From Eledone cirrhosa (lineage: Eukaryota), in contig OZ024740.1 in NCBI GenBank assembly GCA_964016885.1, forward strand, positions 110,608,001 to 110,672,000: a stretch of 64,000 nt of DNA, given 5' to 3'. Positions 28,878 through 43,809 of this stretch are shown here, one piece after another (within the stretch, counting starts at the first letter, position 1; each line of letters begins with the position of its first letter). The position numbers and the translations under genes were made by a program. The notes under the pieces are model-generated. The model ran no database searches and had not been told where the DNA came from. It worked only from the letters and a program-made list of their open reading frames with translations.

Positions 28878-29458
28878 ATATGTATGTTCTTCTGGTTTTA
28901 TAATTTCACAAGTTTTTACCAATATAGAGTCGGTTTCTAACATAGATACAAGACTCTCTCATTGGAATTTACACAACATCAACTAGGTAGATATGTATGC
29001 ATGTCTGTGCAGGTATGGATATTATTGTATGCGTGAATGTGTATGTTTTGAGTTATATGTGTGCTTTGTATCTGTACATGTGTACATGTGTATATGCTTT
29101 GTATCTATGCATGTGTACATGAAGTTATTAGATGCAGAATTTTTGGAATGTTTTACATATTTTTACTGTTCCATTAATGGATTGTACTTGTAATTTCCTA
29201 ACTAGTCGTGTTCTTTCTGTTTCTGTGAAACCCATCTTCTCAAGATTTGTATTGAGGCAGTTACTAACATATCCCAGTGCCCGAATAATCACAGGTATAA
29301 ATCTGAAGGTATAGTCAGGATGGAGTATCTGCAGATTTCTCATTAGTTCTGCATAGATATTCTCCTTTACGCTAATCTTTAATACTATATTGGCATCTGC
29401 TGGGCAACTAACTTCCACTACTGTGCATGCCTTCTTTTCCCTTGTCCCATATCTTTAT
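28878..29458 (-). mobile_element. R4/Dong-like LINE 3' fragment (RLE domain end plus UTR)
   Basis: EVSCPADANI...FIPVIIRALG...KICKTFQKFCI closely matches 20760-21275. Confidence 0.85.
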
Positions 29459-29464
29459 ATCTAT

Positions 29465-29940
29465 GCCTCATTTTTATTTGAGTTTTTACTGGATAATGTC
29501 TCTATTTAGTATTTTATGGAATTTGTGTGTTGGAGGAAATTGTTCGTCTATAAGTTTGAAGAAGACATAGTATAGCTTAATAGTTAACAGATCATTATGC
29601 GGGGGATTATACCATATCTATGATTTTGTGCGAGATCTCCTTGGTGTTTTCTTATTTGTCTCTCCACTTTGAGCCATCGGTATTTCAATTTGCAAATGCG
29701 TTTGATGTTTTCTTAATGGAATAGTTGGATTTCCCCCGCATGGTGTATCCGGGAGATATTTTAGTGGTTCATAATAACCGGCTCTAACTAGAGCAGCGTT
29801 GTAGTAGTCCGCGTATGTGTTGAAAGAGGGTTCAGAGACAGACAATCTGGAGATCCTAAGGTATACATTTTTAACAATGGAGCTAGTGATAGTTCTACGA
29901 TGGTTAGACCAACGATTAACATAATTTAAGTTATCATTAG
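29465..29940 (-). pseudogene. Penelope/Poseidon-type PLE RT thumb/linker relic
   Basis: NDNLNYVNRWSNH...RISRLS...YYNAALVRAGY and FFKLIDEQFPPTHKFHKILNR. Confidence 0.7.
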
Positions 29941-30160
29941 ATATATGTCAACATGAATGGACCTGTTATTTTTATGTAATGACATTTTTTCAAACTTCAC
30001 CCCGCCCGTCCCTTCAATCTATCTTATATCTCATTCTTTCTTCTGATGAAGGATTAGCGTCCGAATTGTTAAGACGCTCTTCCTGATATTTCAAGCGTTA
30101 ACCTAATATATTCCTTCCATATACTGCACCAATTGTGTTGTTATTTCTGTTTACCTTTTA

Positions 30161-30279
<119 letters not shown>

Positions 30280-30351
30280 GTCTGAGATAGAGGAAGTTGT
30301 GTGCCAGTCACGCTAGTAAGTTTTTGTCTTTTTTTTTATAAAAATCAAAAA

Positions 30352-30536
30352 TGGATTGGCAGTATCGGTAGAGGGTCGGACGCCATGCTTTCCAGCATAG
30401 TTACGTCCCTTTATAATCTGAGTTCAAATCCCGCCGAGGTTGACTTTGCCTTTCATCCTTACGGGGTCGATAAAATAAAGTACCAGTAATGTACTGGGTA
30501 ATTGCTGGCCTTGTGCCTAAAGTAGAAACAATTATT
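30352..30536 (+). mobile_element. SINE family 1
   Basis: Shared core. Confidence 0.85.
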
Positions 30537-30549
30537 GTTTTAAAAAATA

Positions 30550-32656
30550 TACCACTGTATAGATTGACCCTCCGACTAAATTGTCAGTGGGTGGGTCATT
30601 GAAATATTCGCCCCCCCAGGGGCGAAAATTTAATTTTCATAAAAATTTATAACAAATTGTTTTAACTATGAATGATAAAATCGAAGCGCTTCTCGCCATA
30701 AGTGGAGCCGGGAGCGTTGAAATGAATGTCACACCAGGAAAGTCACACTAGGAAAGTCCTCCAGGAGTATATTTAACGGTACTAGCTTAGAAGTTCTGGT
30801 CAAAATGAGGCCAGAACGAATAGCTAGAATCCCACAATGTGTGCCTCTGGATGGAGTTTCCTACATAAACATTTCTGTTGAGGGTACGCGGCCTTCATGT
30901 TACCATTGTTTAAGCAGTAGTCACCTGAGGGCTTCCTGTTCTCAATTAACTGCATTAAAAAAAAGGCACTACTGCCGACACCCAACGCAACAACACAACC
31001 ACCACTCCCACCACAACAACAACACACAAAAATAACCCAAACAAACCAAACTGCAAACACAATCCCACCCAACCCCTCCCCACCTAAAACAACGCCCAAA
31101 ACACCCACAAGCACAACAGCTTCCCAAAACGCACCCCTCCCCAATCAAACAGACACCACAACGGACGAAGCCTCTTCGTCATCACTCAGTGATGATGAGG
31201 GAGAAGCCTCCGCTCAAAAAAAAAAAAGAAAAAAAGACATAACACGAACAAAAATGCGACAAACACACAACCACCAACACAAACAACACAAACATTACAA
31301 ACAAAAATCCTCCCTCCCGAAAACAAAACAACGACAACACTCCAAACACAAATACCCACAACAAAACGAAAACACACACAAGAACAACAGACAAAAACTA
31401 ACTCAACACAACAAAAATATTATACATACATAAACACTGACAATAAAACCTTGATGGAGGTCATCTCCAAAAAACCTTCTGTGGAAACGGAAGGAAAATA
31501 TTTTTCCAAGTGTAAGGACAAACCTAATTTAAGGATGATTAGGGTCCCTACGGGACCTTAAAGGAAAACTTTGCCGAGGACGTGGGGAATATGTGTTAAA
31601 CCAACGAACCGCGTCCTCTTGAAACGTTTCCCCACCCCACCCAAGACACCCCCATCCCAGACACCCCCACCACACCAGAGACCCCCTCCCCACCAAACAT
31701 CTCCGTCCCCACCCCGCCAGGAACCACCACCCTACCAAACACCCCTCCAACACCCCCATGGACATTGTGCAGCCAGATCTCTAGGAAGCGAAGAGGTAAG
31801 TGAATTCTTTCCGCTTCTTTTCTACCACTTCCTCACCAACATGGTCGACATAAAAGTCAGATGTGTGAATGTGCGCGGCCTGGGGATGCCCTGGAAACAG
31901 GGCAAACTCTTAAACGACCTCAGGTCGCACAGTATGGATGTAATTGTTATCTGCGAGTCCAGGATCCACAGCGAGCGACAGCTGGCTCCCATCTTCGATG
32001 ACTATGAGATCTACGCATCTCTATGTCAGCCGGGAGGTGGGGGCGCGGTTGCCGTTTTGCTGGGGAAACACCTGGGCCTCGTAACACAGACGGTACATCT
32101 GGACCCGGAGGGTCGACTGGTGGTCCTAGACGTTGACGGTCGTGAAGGTGGCGCCTTCAGGCTGGTGGTCGCATATGCTCCATCCGGGACTCCGTAGCCA
32201 TACTTCTTCAAACATCTAGAGACTTTTCTGGGAACGTCCCGCTCCTTACTTTTAGTGGGGGACTGGAATGGAATCCTAGATGCACGTTGGGACTATGTGG
32301 GAGCATGTCCCGATAAAGGGGTGTGTAACAGCCTCAAACAGTTAATCGGCCGATTTGACTTGGCCGATAGATATCGACTAGATTTTCCGACTGTACCACT
32401 CTGGACGTGGACTAATCTCAGCGGAACATCTAGATCGTACCTAGATAGGGTTCTAGTTAGAAATAATGATAGGGACATCTTAAGCTGTCCACAAATGTTC
32501 ATGGTTGCCTATTCAGATCACAAACTAGTGACCTGCATGGTCAACCTTGATAGAACCCATAGACAGGGACCCGGCTACTGGAAGCTGAACTTGTTACCGA
32601 CATGCAAAGCCTACAGTAGACGGATTAGCACTTTAGTTAAACAGCACTTGACTTGA
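30550..32656 (+). mobile_element. Tx1/L1-clade LINE 5' part: decayed ORF1 (zinc knuckle) and APE endonuclease
   Basis: CYHCLSSSHLRASC; CVNVRGL, ICESR, GDWN, RSYLDRVLV, SDHKLV, GPGYWKLN. Confidence 0.85.
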
Positions 32657-34414
32657 GATCGCAAGAATAAATACAGGGAAGTATTTATGTAGATATTCTA
32701 ACACTTGTGTGATTTCACTTATCAGTAACATCACTGTCTAAAACAAAAGAATAAAAAAACGAAACAAAAGAAGCCAAAACAAAACGGTATATTAGTAGGA
32801 AGTCAATATACCCTCATTTGATGCAGCAAACATAAATATATATAGATATATATTTTAAAATTTTTAAACAAGCCAGCAAGCTGCGCTACTCTTAGTATCA
32901 CGTTCCATCTAAATCCGTATCAGTTATGTCAGGGAGAAAATCCAACTATCATTCTTTATTTCAACTTACAGAGAATTTGATGTTACGTATCCTCAAAAAC
33001 ATCAATGCACTTGGTATTTTTTATTAGGGCATTTAACATACGCGATTTTTTATAACGCGTGGAATTGGCAACTTCGTGGTTGTTTAAGATGTGGGCAGTG
33101 GCGAACTGGTCAAGTTGCCTAATGGCAGGTGGGCACCATGGACCCCACGCTAGCATTGCAAGAGTCCACAGTAGCATTGCAGGGCCCACTGAGTATTTTA
33201 GAGGTCAATACTTTGGTATAAAAAAATACCTGAATCTAAGAGATGAATAACATAAAAAAAAAAAAAATAACACAATTAAGCAAAACATTTGGTCAACCAA
33301 TTCCCCAGGGAATTACTAGAAACCAAAATATACGATAGTCTAAATAGCTGGAATAAGTGGTTGTACATTCTACTAAATCTAAAGCTTAGTGTATTCATTC
33401 ATACATGCAAACATACATATATAGACACAAACACACAAGCATATATATATATACATATATATAAATAAGATTTCGCTTCAAGCATAGCTTTATACAAATA
33501 TGTATAAGAATCGCTGCTTTCACCCTTAACGGGATCTTCTGAAACTAACAAAGTCAATCTGTAAACGCAGAAGTGGATATTTCAAAAAACTTTGCAACCG
33601 GAGGAAGACAGGAAGACGATACTTTGGTTTGTGGAAACGTTTCCTGGCAAAGAACGGGAAAAAACGATTGGAGCGGTGAAAAACAATTACGCGCAAAGAC
33701 AGAACCACGTTTATGGTATAAAAGAAGTCGTAGACTAATGTTCTCTTAGGTGGTTCATAGAGACGTTCTCTGGCAATGCACGGAAAAAACGAAGATAATA
33801 CGTTATATGTGGAGCGTGGAGAACAATTGCACGCAAAGACAAAACCACGTAAATGGTATAGCTGAAGTCGTAGACTAAAATTCTCTCTCTATATATATAT
33901 AATATACGTACACACGAGCTACTGACCAAATAACATTTGGTATCAATAGGTTAAAGACATCTGTCAAATCAATTAGTGGTGAAGATGGTGTATATATATA
34001 TATATATATATAGTGTGAAAGACAAAGTGTTGATTGAATACAAAATAAGAGATGAATAATATAAAAAAAAAAAAAATAAAACAATTAAGCAAAGCATTTG
34101 GTCAACCAATTCCCCAGGGAATTACTTAGGTATTTTTCGAAAATGTTATTTATTCATTATAAAAACTAAATGATAGCATTCTATATGTAGGTGGGCACCC
34201 TTCATTTGGCAACGAATAGTTTTAGACCTAGTCCGCCACTGTATATATATATATAATGCCGGTCATTGTAAGTTTGAATCTAACTGACATGCAAAAACAT
34301 ATATGTAGGAATAAGGCAAGCCCAAATCATAGCAGATTCAAATATCACCGAGAAAAAGAAATAGAGAGAGAGATAGAGAGAGACGGAGATAGATAGATAG
34401 ATAGATAGATAGAT

Positions 34415-34451
<37 letters not shown>

Positions 34452-34559
34452 GAGAGAGAAAGAGAGTGAGAGAGAGAGAAAGAGGAGAAATGAGGTGCGA
34501 CAGAAATGAAACATGGATTACAGGTTAAAATGTAGTCTAGATAGATGAGAAACAAAACG

Positions 34560-35271
34560 AGGATGTAGTTTATGGAACACCCAAATGATTTAGAAGTCGA
34601 CCTTAAGTAGGAGCAATACCATTAAGAAAGACATGAACGACACCACATCATATTTTTTTGAAACTTTTGAAAGTAGGTTTATAAGTATGAATTTTCATAA
34701 TATTTTCATAATTGTGTCTGTGGCCTAGCGGTAGGTACTAGAGACAGTGGCGATCCTGTCCTTGGGTTCAATCCTGGTCAAGAGGTCAATGTAACCTTTT
34801 TTCAGTTTTTATTTTACAACCAATAGAAAAAACTGAAAAGGCTTACCGAGAACCCTACTTCCGACCAGGATCGACCTTCAGACCAGCATCACCCCGTCTG
34901 TGATTCCTTCCACTACGCCACCGAGACATCTACAATTACGTAATGAAAATTGATAATTATAAACTTACTTTCAAAATCAAAATTAAAAAGATGTGGTGTC
35001 GTTCATGGCTTTCATAGAGCTATTAGTAATATTTAGGGTCGACTTCTGGTCATTATTCAAAGTCTGTGGATTTCGCAAAATGCATAATATTTTTTATTGG
35101 AGAAGTTAAGATATTTTCCCACAAAAATTTGATTGCACTGTTTTGTTTCCACTTATGTATTTTTCGAAAATGTTATTTATTCATTATAAAAATTAAATGA
35201 TAGTATTCTATATGTAGGTGGGCCCCCTTCATCTCCTGGCAACCAATACTTTTAGACCCAGTCCGCCGCTG
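34560..35271 (-). mobile_element. hAT-like non-autonomous element end containing two inverted tRNA-like segments
   Basis: Terminus acccagtccgccgctg; A/B boxes tggcctagcgg/ggttcaatcc on + (~34720-34773) with a diverged mirror copy on - (~34860-34927). Confidence 0.55.
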
Positions 35272-36645
35272 GATGTGGGGCCACTCTAATATGGGAAAAA
35301 GAAAGGGAATTTCCACACACAAGAGGAAAGGGAATTCATACACACAAGAGGAAAGGGAATTACCCCCCCCCCCCTACGCACACACACATATATATGAAAA
35401 GTAACAGAGAAACGAAAAAAATACAATGGAGACTGTATAAACTTACAAAAATAACAAAAAGGACAACAACAGCAACAACAAAACAAGATTGACAAAAGTA
35501 AGTCTTGAGAAGAAATACATTTAATATACATTTCATTCGACAACATGTCAGCCAACTAACGTACTGTCTGATGGAGCAGCATTTCAGAATAGTGTGGCGT
35601 AATGGTAGTTTGAGTAAGTGATAGACACCATTGATGACAAGAAAGTTTAGGCTATCAAATGACATTATATACAACATCTTTACAAGTTGAGATCATCCCA
35701 AACTGCAGTCGACTACTTTTATCTCAACTAAGTAGCTAGGCATTAAGTTTCCGACCGGACTATTGTTAAATGTATTATTGCTTAATATGACACCGTTTCG
35801 ATCATTAGTTTTGACATTATAAATAAAATCTATTAAAATCGGGTTTTCTTGAAGTAAGATGAATCACCGACTTCCTATCTTTCTATGCATTTCTGAGAGT
35901 ATGTATTATGTATGTATGTATGTATGTATGTATGTATGTATGTATGTATGTATGTATGTATGAGATGACCCCTTAGCCTTTGTCACCGGGAGAGATGACC
36001 CCTTAGGCTTTGTCAAGGCAGAATTCTAGGAGAAGGAAAACTCTGATATAACACCTGCAACCGTGATGGTATCCAATGATGTTGACTTGTTCTTCTTTTT
36101 GGTAAATATCATCTTGGTTAAGAGAGTGGGACTGGCTTTGTGCAGTGCCTTTGCTCACTATAAAAGCTTCACGGCACAGGCATTGCTTTATATCTGGAGA
36201 TCTCTCTGCACTTGTCACATGGTACCATGGGCCCAGCACTATGTGTCAATAATTGTCACAAGTGTAGTGTTTGTACCAGAGTTTTCAAGTCGCTGGCTGG
36301 ACTAAAAAGTCACACTCGTTCAGCGCATCGGTCGGGATTCTCCTACATGGATATAAAGTAGTGGCCGTACTCGAAAACGAGTTGGCAGCCAACAACATGT
36401 ATGTATGTATGTATGTATGTATGTATGTATGTATGTATGTATGTATGTATGTATGTATGTATGTATGTATGTATGTATATGTATGTATGTATATGTATGC
36501 ATACTAAGGTAATAAAATGATTTAAAGTGTTATATTTGGTTTTTTACCTAAATTCAAATTACTATGCTGTACTTTTTCTATAAGCGATTAATACATTACA
36601 TTCAGGTATTTGGTAACGAATAAGGGATACACCCTCTCGTATTCA

Positions 36646-36698
<53 letters not shown>

Positions 36699-36700
<2 letters not shown>

Positions 36701-36888
36701 AACAAGTAGGACCCCGACGGCTGAGCTCAAGCCGTTTCGACGACTAATTCTGGACCAGAATTAGCCGTCGAAACGGCTTGAGCTCAGTCGTCGGGGTCCT
36801 ACTCGTTCCTATTACCCACTCTACTACCCTAAGTATTGAGTACTTTCGTGCGTTATGGTCCACCTGGTTCCTTACCACATTTCCTTCG

Positions 36889-36892
<4 letters not shown>
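36699..36892. mobile_element. Family D terminus fold-back carrying the 3' half of an HHR
   Basis: GAAAC-ggcttgagctcagtc-GTC-ggggtcc mirrored about ~36755; second fold-back copy 43808-44023; partial copy 49222-49392. Confidence 0.65.
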
Positions 36893-36947
<55 letters not shown>

Positions 36948-36973
36948 TATATATATATATATACATATATATC

Positions 36974-37093
36974 TATAAAGATTAAGTAGGAACATCGTTG
37001 TGTGTCCTGTCCTTTGTGTAGTGTGTGTATATATATATACACACACTACACAAAGGACAGGACACACAACGATGTTCCTACTTAATCTTTATA
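36974..37093. repeat. Perfect 120-bp palindrome centred on (TA)n
   Basis: Arms read directly. Confidence 0.9.
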
Positions 37094-37159
37094 TTCTAGT
37101 ATAAGTTTTACACAGTTTCATTTCGTACACACACACATAAATGCACAAACACACACACA

Positions 37160-37231
<72 letters not shown>

Positions 37232-37454
37232 CATACATATACATATATATATAAAGAGAGAGAGTGACAGGTAGATCTAACGGATTTAATGCCGAACAAA
37301 ACAGTTGGTCGCTAAATAAAATATAAATTAAGAGAAAATAGGTGAAAAGGCTCTATATGTCAGACCAGCCACATGCTGGTGGATACCATGTTGAAATAAT
37401 CCGTATTCTGTTTCCTTTATCGTTGATGGCCACGTATACACACACACACACACG

Positions 37455-37588
<134 letters not shown>

Positions 37589-37628
37589 TATATATATATA
37601 TGTATGTAGAAATACAATGTGTATACAA

Positions 37629-37664
<36 letters not shown>

Positions 37665-37668
<4 letters not shown>

Positions 37669-38293
37669 CCAATGATAATCAGCAGACCACTGATGATGGA
37701 CAGTCCAGTTTCTCGGTCTATTTTCATTCATATGTATCACACTCGCAACAACGCAGCACGCCATTTTTTCATTCACATATAATTTTTTACCCTCGCTGTG
37801 GTTCGTATTTTTTCTATCACCTTACTACTATCCTCTTTCTCTCTCCCCCTTCTCTCTCCTTGTACCTCTTGCTTTCATTCACCCCGTCTGCTGGTCACAC
37901 ACTCTCTCGGCTGGCCTCTTCCTTACACTTTCACCCACTCACTCTCTGCTACTCCCCCTCTCTCACTTCCTCCCGTCTGACCTGTGTGAAATCCTTTTCT
38001 CTCTCACTTTTCGCGTGGTTCGGACGCGTCTGCCTCTTCTCGTCGATTGATTTGTTCAAACTTAAGTCCACAAGGTTCATTGACTTGTCTCTCTTTTCCT
38101 CTCTTTACGTTGCATTACTACCATGTTGTTTGTTTACTGTCCCCATCCAATTCGCTCTGTCCCTATAACTTATTTTAGTTATCGCTCGCATTGATTTTGA
38201 GGTATCTGGTCTTTAATGCGAAGAAATACCAATGATAGGCAGCAGATCACTGATGATGGACAGTCCAATTTCTCGGTCTATTTTCATTCATTC

Positions 38294-38300
<7 letters not shown>
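37665..38300 (+). mobile_element. Family F: 560-bp monomer plus ~70-bp terminal redundancy between (TA)n tracts
   Basis: aataccaatgata...cactgatgatggacagtcca.tttctcggtctattttcattca at 37665 and 38225; related piece on - at ~53995-54080. Confidence 0.6.
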
Positions 38301-38342
<42 letters not shown>

Positions 38343-38512
38343 CAAATATACGTATGTACATATATATATACACACACATACATACCATTTATTTATTAAT
38401 CAATTCATCTATTCTATGTGTTTAATTGTTTATTCAACTTATGTCTCTTATTTCATTATATATATATGCGTATGTACGTATATATATGTGTGTGTGTGTA
38501 TGTGCGTGTGTA

Positions 38513-38570
<58 letters not shown>

Positions 38571-38604
38571 TAATAATAATAATAATTATTATTATTATTA
38601 TTAT

Positions 38605-38778
38605 TTCTGCTTTAGGCACAAGGCCAGCAATTATCCAGTGCATTACTGGTACTTTATTTTATCGACCCCCGTAAGGATGAAAGGCAAAATCAACCTCGGC
38701 GGGATTTGAACTCAGATCGTAAAGGGACGTAACTATGCTGGAAAGCATGGCGTCCGACCCTCCACCGATACTGCCAAT
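38605..38778 (-). mobile_element. SINE family 1
   Basis: Reverse complement of the core. Confidence 0.85.
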
Positions 38779-38780
38779 AC

Positions 38781-39055
38781 ACTTTATTGGCCACAAGGGC
38801 TGACATCAAGAAAAACATTACAGACGGTACAGGACGGTACGATGTGGGTTTTGTGCGTGTAAATATTTTTATTATTTATATAAGAAAAGAAGAAAAAGAC
38901 ATAGAAACATATATATATATATAAACAATAGAAATGAAAATTGAAACAATGAAAAATTCCGCAATAGGGGGAAACCTCCGAGGGCTACTCGTGGCGAAAA
39001 GCACACAAAAGACCACGGCCACCCTGACCACCAGGGCAAGCGCCCTCAATAAGAG
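38781..39055 (-). mobile_element. Tx1-like LINE 3' end fragment
   Basis: Ends in gcccttgtggccaataaa, as does the 25428-27430 element. Confidence 0.5.
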
Positions 39056-39453
39056 GTTAACGGGACTAGCATAAGGTTTCCCTGCAAACACACACCCGGC
39101 AGTAGTCTTAAAACTTATTGTAGATAATGATTTCCCAAACAATATCATTGAACAGGCGAAACGTACACAGAGAAACCTACCCATTTACGTATCACTTCAG
39201 TTCATATATCTATAGACAATAGCTACCAGTATTCACACTCACATGTGCGTACATATATATAAATACATGCGAAACGAGAAACACTCACAAATGCAGACAC
39301 ATATACATTCGTGATTACACAGATAGATTGTATGAAGTATTTTGGTAATCCTATACAACACACTTATATATATGAATGTGCGGTCTGTTGTTTCCCTAAG
39401 CCTAAACAGTGTGACGCTATATTCAGATTACGTCCAATAATGAAAGAAACACC

Positions 39454-39532
<79 letters not shown>

Positions 39533-39915
39533 TATGTGTGTGTGTGTGTGTGTATACAAAACAGTTCGAGTCCTGAAACCATCAAGAAGCCCAGGGCTTT
39601 CCTGATGATTTACTTCGAATGAAACAGTTGTGGTCCTGTAGCAGCCATTTCTATATTAAATATTTATACTCTGTCATGTATTGATTACATGGTGGAGAGG
39701 AAAGGAGATGGATGTGATGTGACTAAGTAAAAGAACGTAAAACCATTAGTCAACTTAGTACTCGATACATAAAGAAAGTAGAGTGTATATTATTATCGGC
39801 ATTCTTTTCCCGTCGGCTAAGCTTTCACTATTCCAATAGCAAATATGCTATCGAAATAGTTTAAACTTAGCCGACAGTCAACAGACAACGAATTTCTATA
39901 ACAATTTATATACTT

Positions 39916-40083
39916 ATCGGTAGAGGGTCGGACGCCATGCTTTCCAGCATAGTTACGTCCCTTTACGATCTGAGTTCAAATCCCACCGAGGTTGACTTTG
40001 CCTTTCATCCTTACGGGGTCGATAAAATAAAGTACCAGTAATGAACTGGGTAAATGCTGGCCTTGTGCCTAAAGTAGAAACAA
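39916..40083 (+). mobile_element. SINE family 1
   Basis: Shared core. Confidence 0.85.
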
Positions 40084-40126
40084 ATATATGTAACTAATAT
40101 ATTTCTTCATTGTACTGAGACGTTTA

Positions 40127-40184
40127 CTACTCTAAAGTATTATGGTTGAAACGATGACGAGGTGAAGAATAAGTGGTAAACTGC
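40127..40184 (-). CDS. Candidate terminal coding exon of an unknown host gene
   Basis: Acceptor ttccatattacag; 1 nt + QFTTYSSPRHRFNHNTLE-stop; phase-compatible with 44333-44430. Confidence 0.25.
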
Positions 40185-40542
40185 CTGTAATATGGAATGA
40201 AATTGAAATAACAACAATGGAATATATATAGTTTGAGTTGTATCCCTCTAATATAGATATACATATACATACATATGTATATATACATGCACACATATTT
40301 TTGCTTATATGTACTATTCTTATTATTCTTATTACAAGGTAAATCCAGCGTTGATTCAAATGTTGATGTGCTGTGACTTGCTATGCTCTTTGCAGATAAG
40401 ATGAGGTAGAGAGATGAATTGACTAAGAGGGGGGAGAGAGGGGGAGGGGAGATGAATAAAAGAACCCAGAAAGGAAGGATAAAAATTGAGTAAATGACAA
40501 ATTATGTCAGGAATAAATATAGGTAACAAGTACTAGGCACAA

Positions 40543-40574
<32 letters not shown>

Positions 40575-40879
40575 CTTCTTCTTCTTCTTCTTCTTCTTCT
40601 TCTTCTTCTTCTTCTTCTTCTTCTTCTTCTTCTTCTTCTTCTTCTATTAATTCTACAAATTCTGTATCTTTTTCATGAAAATACAAACAAACACCTGTAG
40701 ATAATGCAAGTTAGTGTTGGTTGAAGAAGGATCACACAGAATTTCTGAACGAACTAGATGGGACTCCATAGTAAACATGGTGATAGCCTTTTAAGTGGCC
40801 AAGGGCTTCATCCCAGTGATGAAGTCGAACGAGCTGCGGCACAGTACTCAGTTTTTGTGTAATTCTGGGACGAGAATTG

Positions 40880-41128
40880 GTGACCCAACGACGTTACTGT
40901 TTACCAATGAAAATCGGACAACTCAACCAAAAGCACTCGGAATTCTGCAGCAAATGTATGGAGATAAGATGATGAGGTGCTCACAGGATTTCGAGTGGCA
41001 CAAAAGTTTCAATGAGGGACGCGAGGATGTGGAAAAGGACCCCAGGAGTGGAAGGCTTTCAACGAGCAGGATTGAGGCCAACGTTGAGCGCATGAGGCAT
41101 GTGATGCGTGACAATCGTCGGTTGACTC
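40880..41128 (+). pseudogene. Mariner transposase N-terminal (HTH) relic
   Basis: LQQMYGD...FEWHKSFNEGREDVEKDPRSGRLSTS...DNRRLT. Confidence 0.8.
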
Positions 41129-41292
41129 AGGTTCAATCGGGGGTAACCACAGTAAGTAAGGTACTCAATACATAGCAGAGTATAAATATTTCATATAGAA
41201 ATGGCTTCTACAGGACTAGAACTGTTTCATTCAGGTGATGATTTCTCCCGAATGAAACAGTTCTAGTCCTGTAGAAGACATTTCTATATTAA

Positions 41293-41332
<40 letters not shown>

Positions 41333-41461
41333 ACATGCAATCATCTATTCTACATCATGTCTATATATACACATGTGTGCATTTATCCACATATGCGTAC
41401 TGCAGTATCTATCTTCGATATATCCATCTTACCATCACCGTTAACACAAATATACATATGG

Positions 41462-41500
<39 letters not shown>

Positions 41501-41530
41501 CACATATCCACACACACAGACACAGAAACA

Positions 41531-41626
<96 letters not shown>

Positions 41627-42148
41627 TATATACATATATACGTAGGTTCATACATACATACATACAAAAACAGGGCTAATATACGTATGCACGTACATAC
41701 GTACAAAGACGGGATTAATGTATGTACACATAAAGTAAGACGCAATGACATATCGAGGCAAACATCCTATAAGTATAAAACTCACTATAGCCACATACAC
41801 TGTTTGTCGTGCATGTTTAGAGCATCACTGAACTTTGGATGTGAGTTGACCTCAAGTCTTGACCCCTCTCTACTTCAAAGGGCCGTCTACCATAATAAGT
41901 CCTGAACAAGACAACTTGTAATTTGGTGAAGGCTAACTTCAAAGGAACATCGTTTGGTAGTAAATTAAATACGCAAATTGCTTTGGAATCTGCACTAAAT
42001 GTATGTATGTATGTATGTATGTATGTATGTATGTATGTATGTATGTATGTATGTATGTATGTATGTATGTACGTATGTATGTATGTATGTATGTATGTAT
42101 GTATGTATGTATGTGTATGTATGTCTGCTGATATTTATCAGGAACTGC

Positions 42149-42182
<34 letters not shown>

Positions 42183-42398
42183 TTATGTCTCTTTATGTGT
42201 GTATGTTTGTATGTGTTTTCAGATGTATTGACACACACAAACTTGCGTATGCATAGTCAAATATGCACGTAAAGAGCAGACGCATGCACAATATAAACAT
42301 ACGCATATACATGATACAAAATTTGTTTCTGCATATGTATACACACACACACATACACACACACATATACATTCATACATACAAACATGCATACATAT

Positions 42399-42478
<80 letters not shown>

Positions 42479-43162
42479 ATATATACCTGTTAGCTCATCT
42501 GTATACAACTTGTCAACACAGATTATTAAATCTAACGAAATATTTCTATTTCTATTCTTGGTACGTAGATAAAATGTTGAAAACAATAAACAGCCAAAGG
42601 TCATTTGAAAATAGTTGGCATTAAAGCGCCTCCAATCTGACGTCTTTTATGGTGCTATAGGTAATTTTAAAGTCGATTACAAATGCCAATTTCGAATCGA
42701 ACTGCCGGTGTTTGTTGTGTTAGAAGTTTGGTATTTGCAAGATTGCTTGCTGTTTTTCAACCCAAACTTTTCTGTCTTGATTTTTCTCACTGTAATGATG
42801 TGATCAGCCTATAATATTATTATTATATATATATTATTATTTGCTGCACATGTATATTGATTTCATTATAAAGCTAGTTGTTGGAGAAAAAACATTATCT
42901 ATCTATCTGCCTGTCTGCCTGACTGTCCCGCTCTGTCTATCTGTCTATCAGTCTCCCCCCTCTCTCTCCCTCTCGCTGTGAAGGTACATGGCTTAGTGGT
43001 TCGATTCTCGGACCGGGCTTGTGTTCTTGCGTTGTGTTCTTGAGCAACACACTTTATTTAACTCAGCTGAGTGACTGCTATATATATTAATATATAGTGA
43101 CTGCTATATATATTAATACCCCCTTTGTGCATCGAAGGGGGTATTAATATATATATATATAC

Positions 43163-43265
<103 letters not shown>

Positions 43266-43763
43266 TCCCGGGTTCGATGGGGAGTAACCACAGTATTTAA
43301 GGTACTCAATAAATTAGTTGAGTGTTTACAACAAATTTAATATAGATATGGCTTCCTTGTTAAATTTGTTACGGAACCATACCATACCACTACAATTAAT
43401 ATGAAGGCACATGGCGTAGTAGTTAAAATTGTCGGTTCATTATCGTAAAATCGTCAGTTCGAATCGAGGTGTCATGTGTATTCTTAAGCAAGACACTTTA
43501 TTCCACGTGGCTCCTGTCCGTCCAGCAGAAAAAAAGAATTGTACCTGTAATTGAAAGATTCAACCTTGTTATATATACTGTCACGCTAAGTATCTCGGAG
43601 AACCACGTTAAGTGTACACGTGTCCGTCGAATGCTCATCTATTTGCAATTTAATTTCATTTCCCGAACAGGCTGTTCCGTTGACAAAATAACTAGAGCAC
43701 ATCGTCGAAATCGATGGAGGTCCCAATATATATATATATATACATACATATATATATATATAT

Positions 43764-43809
<46 letters not shown>

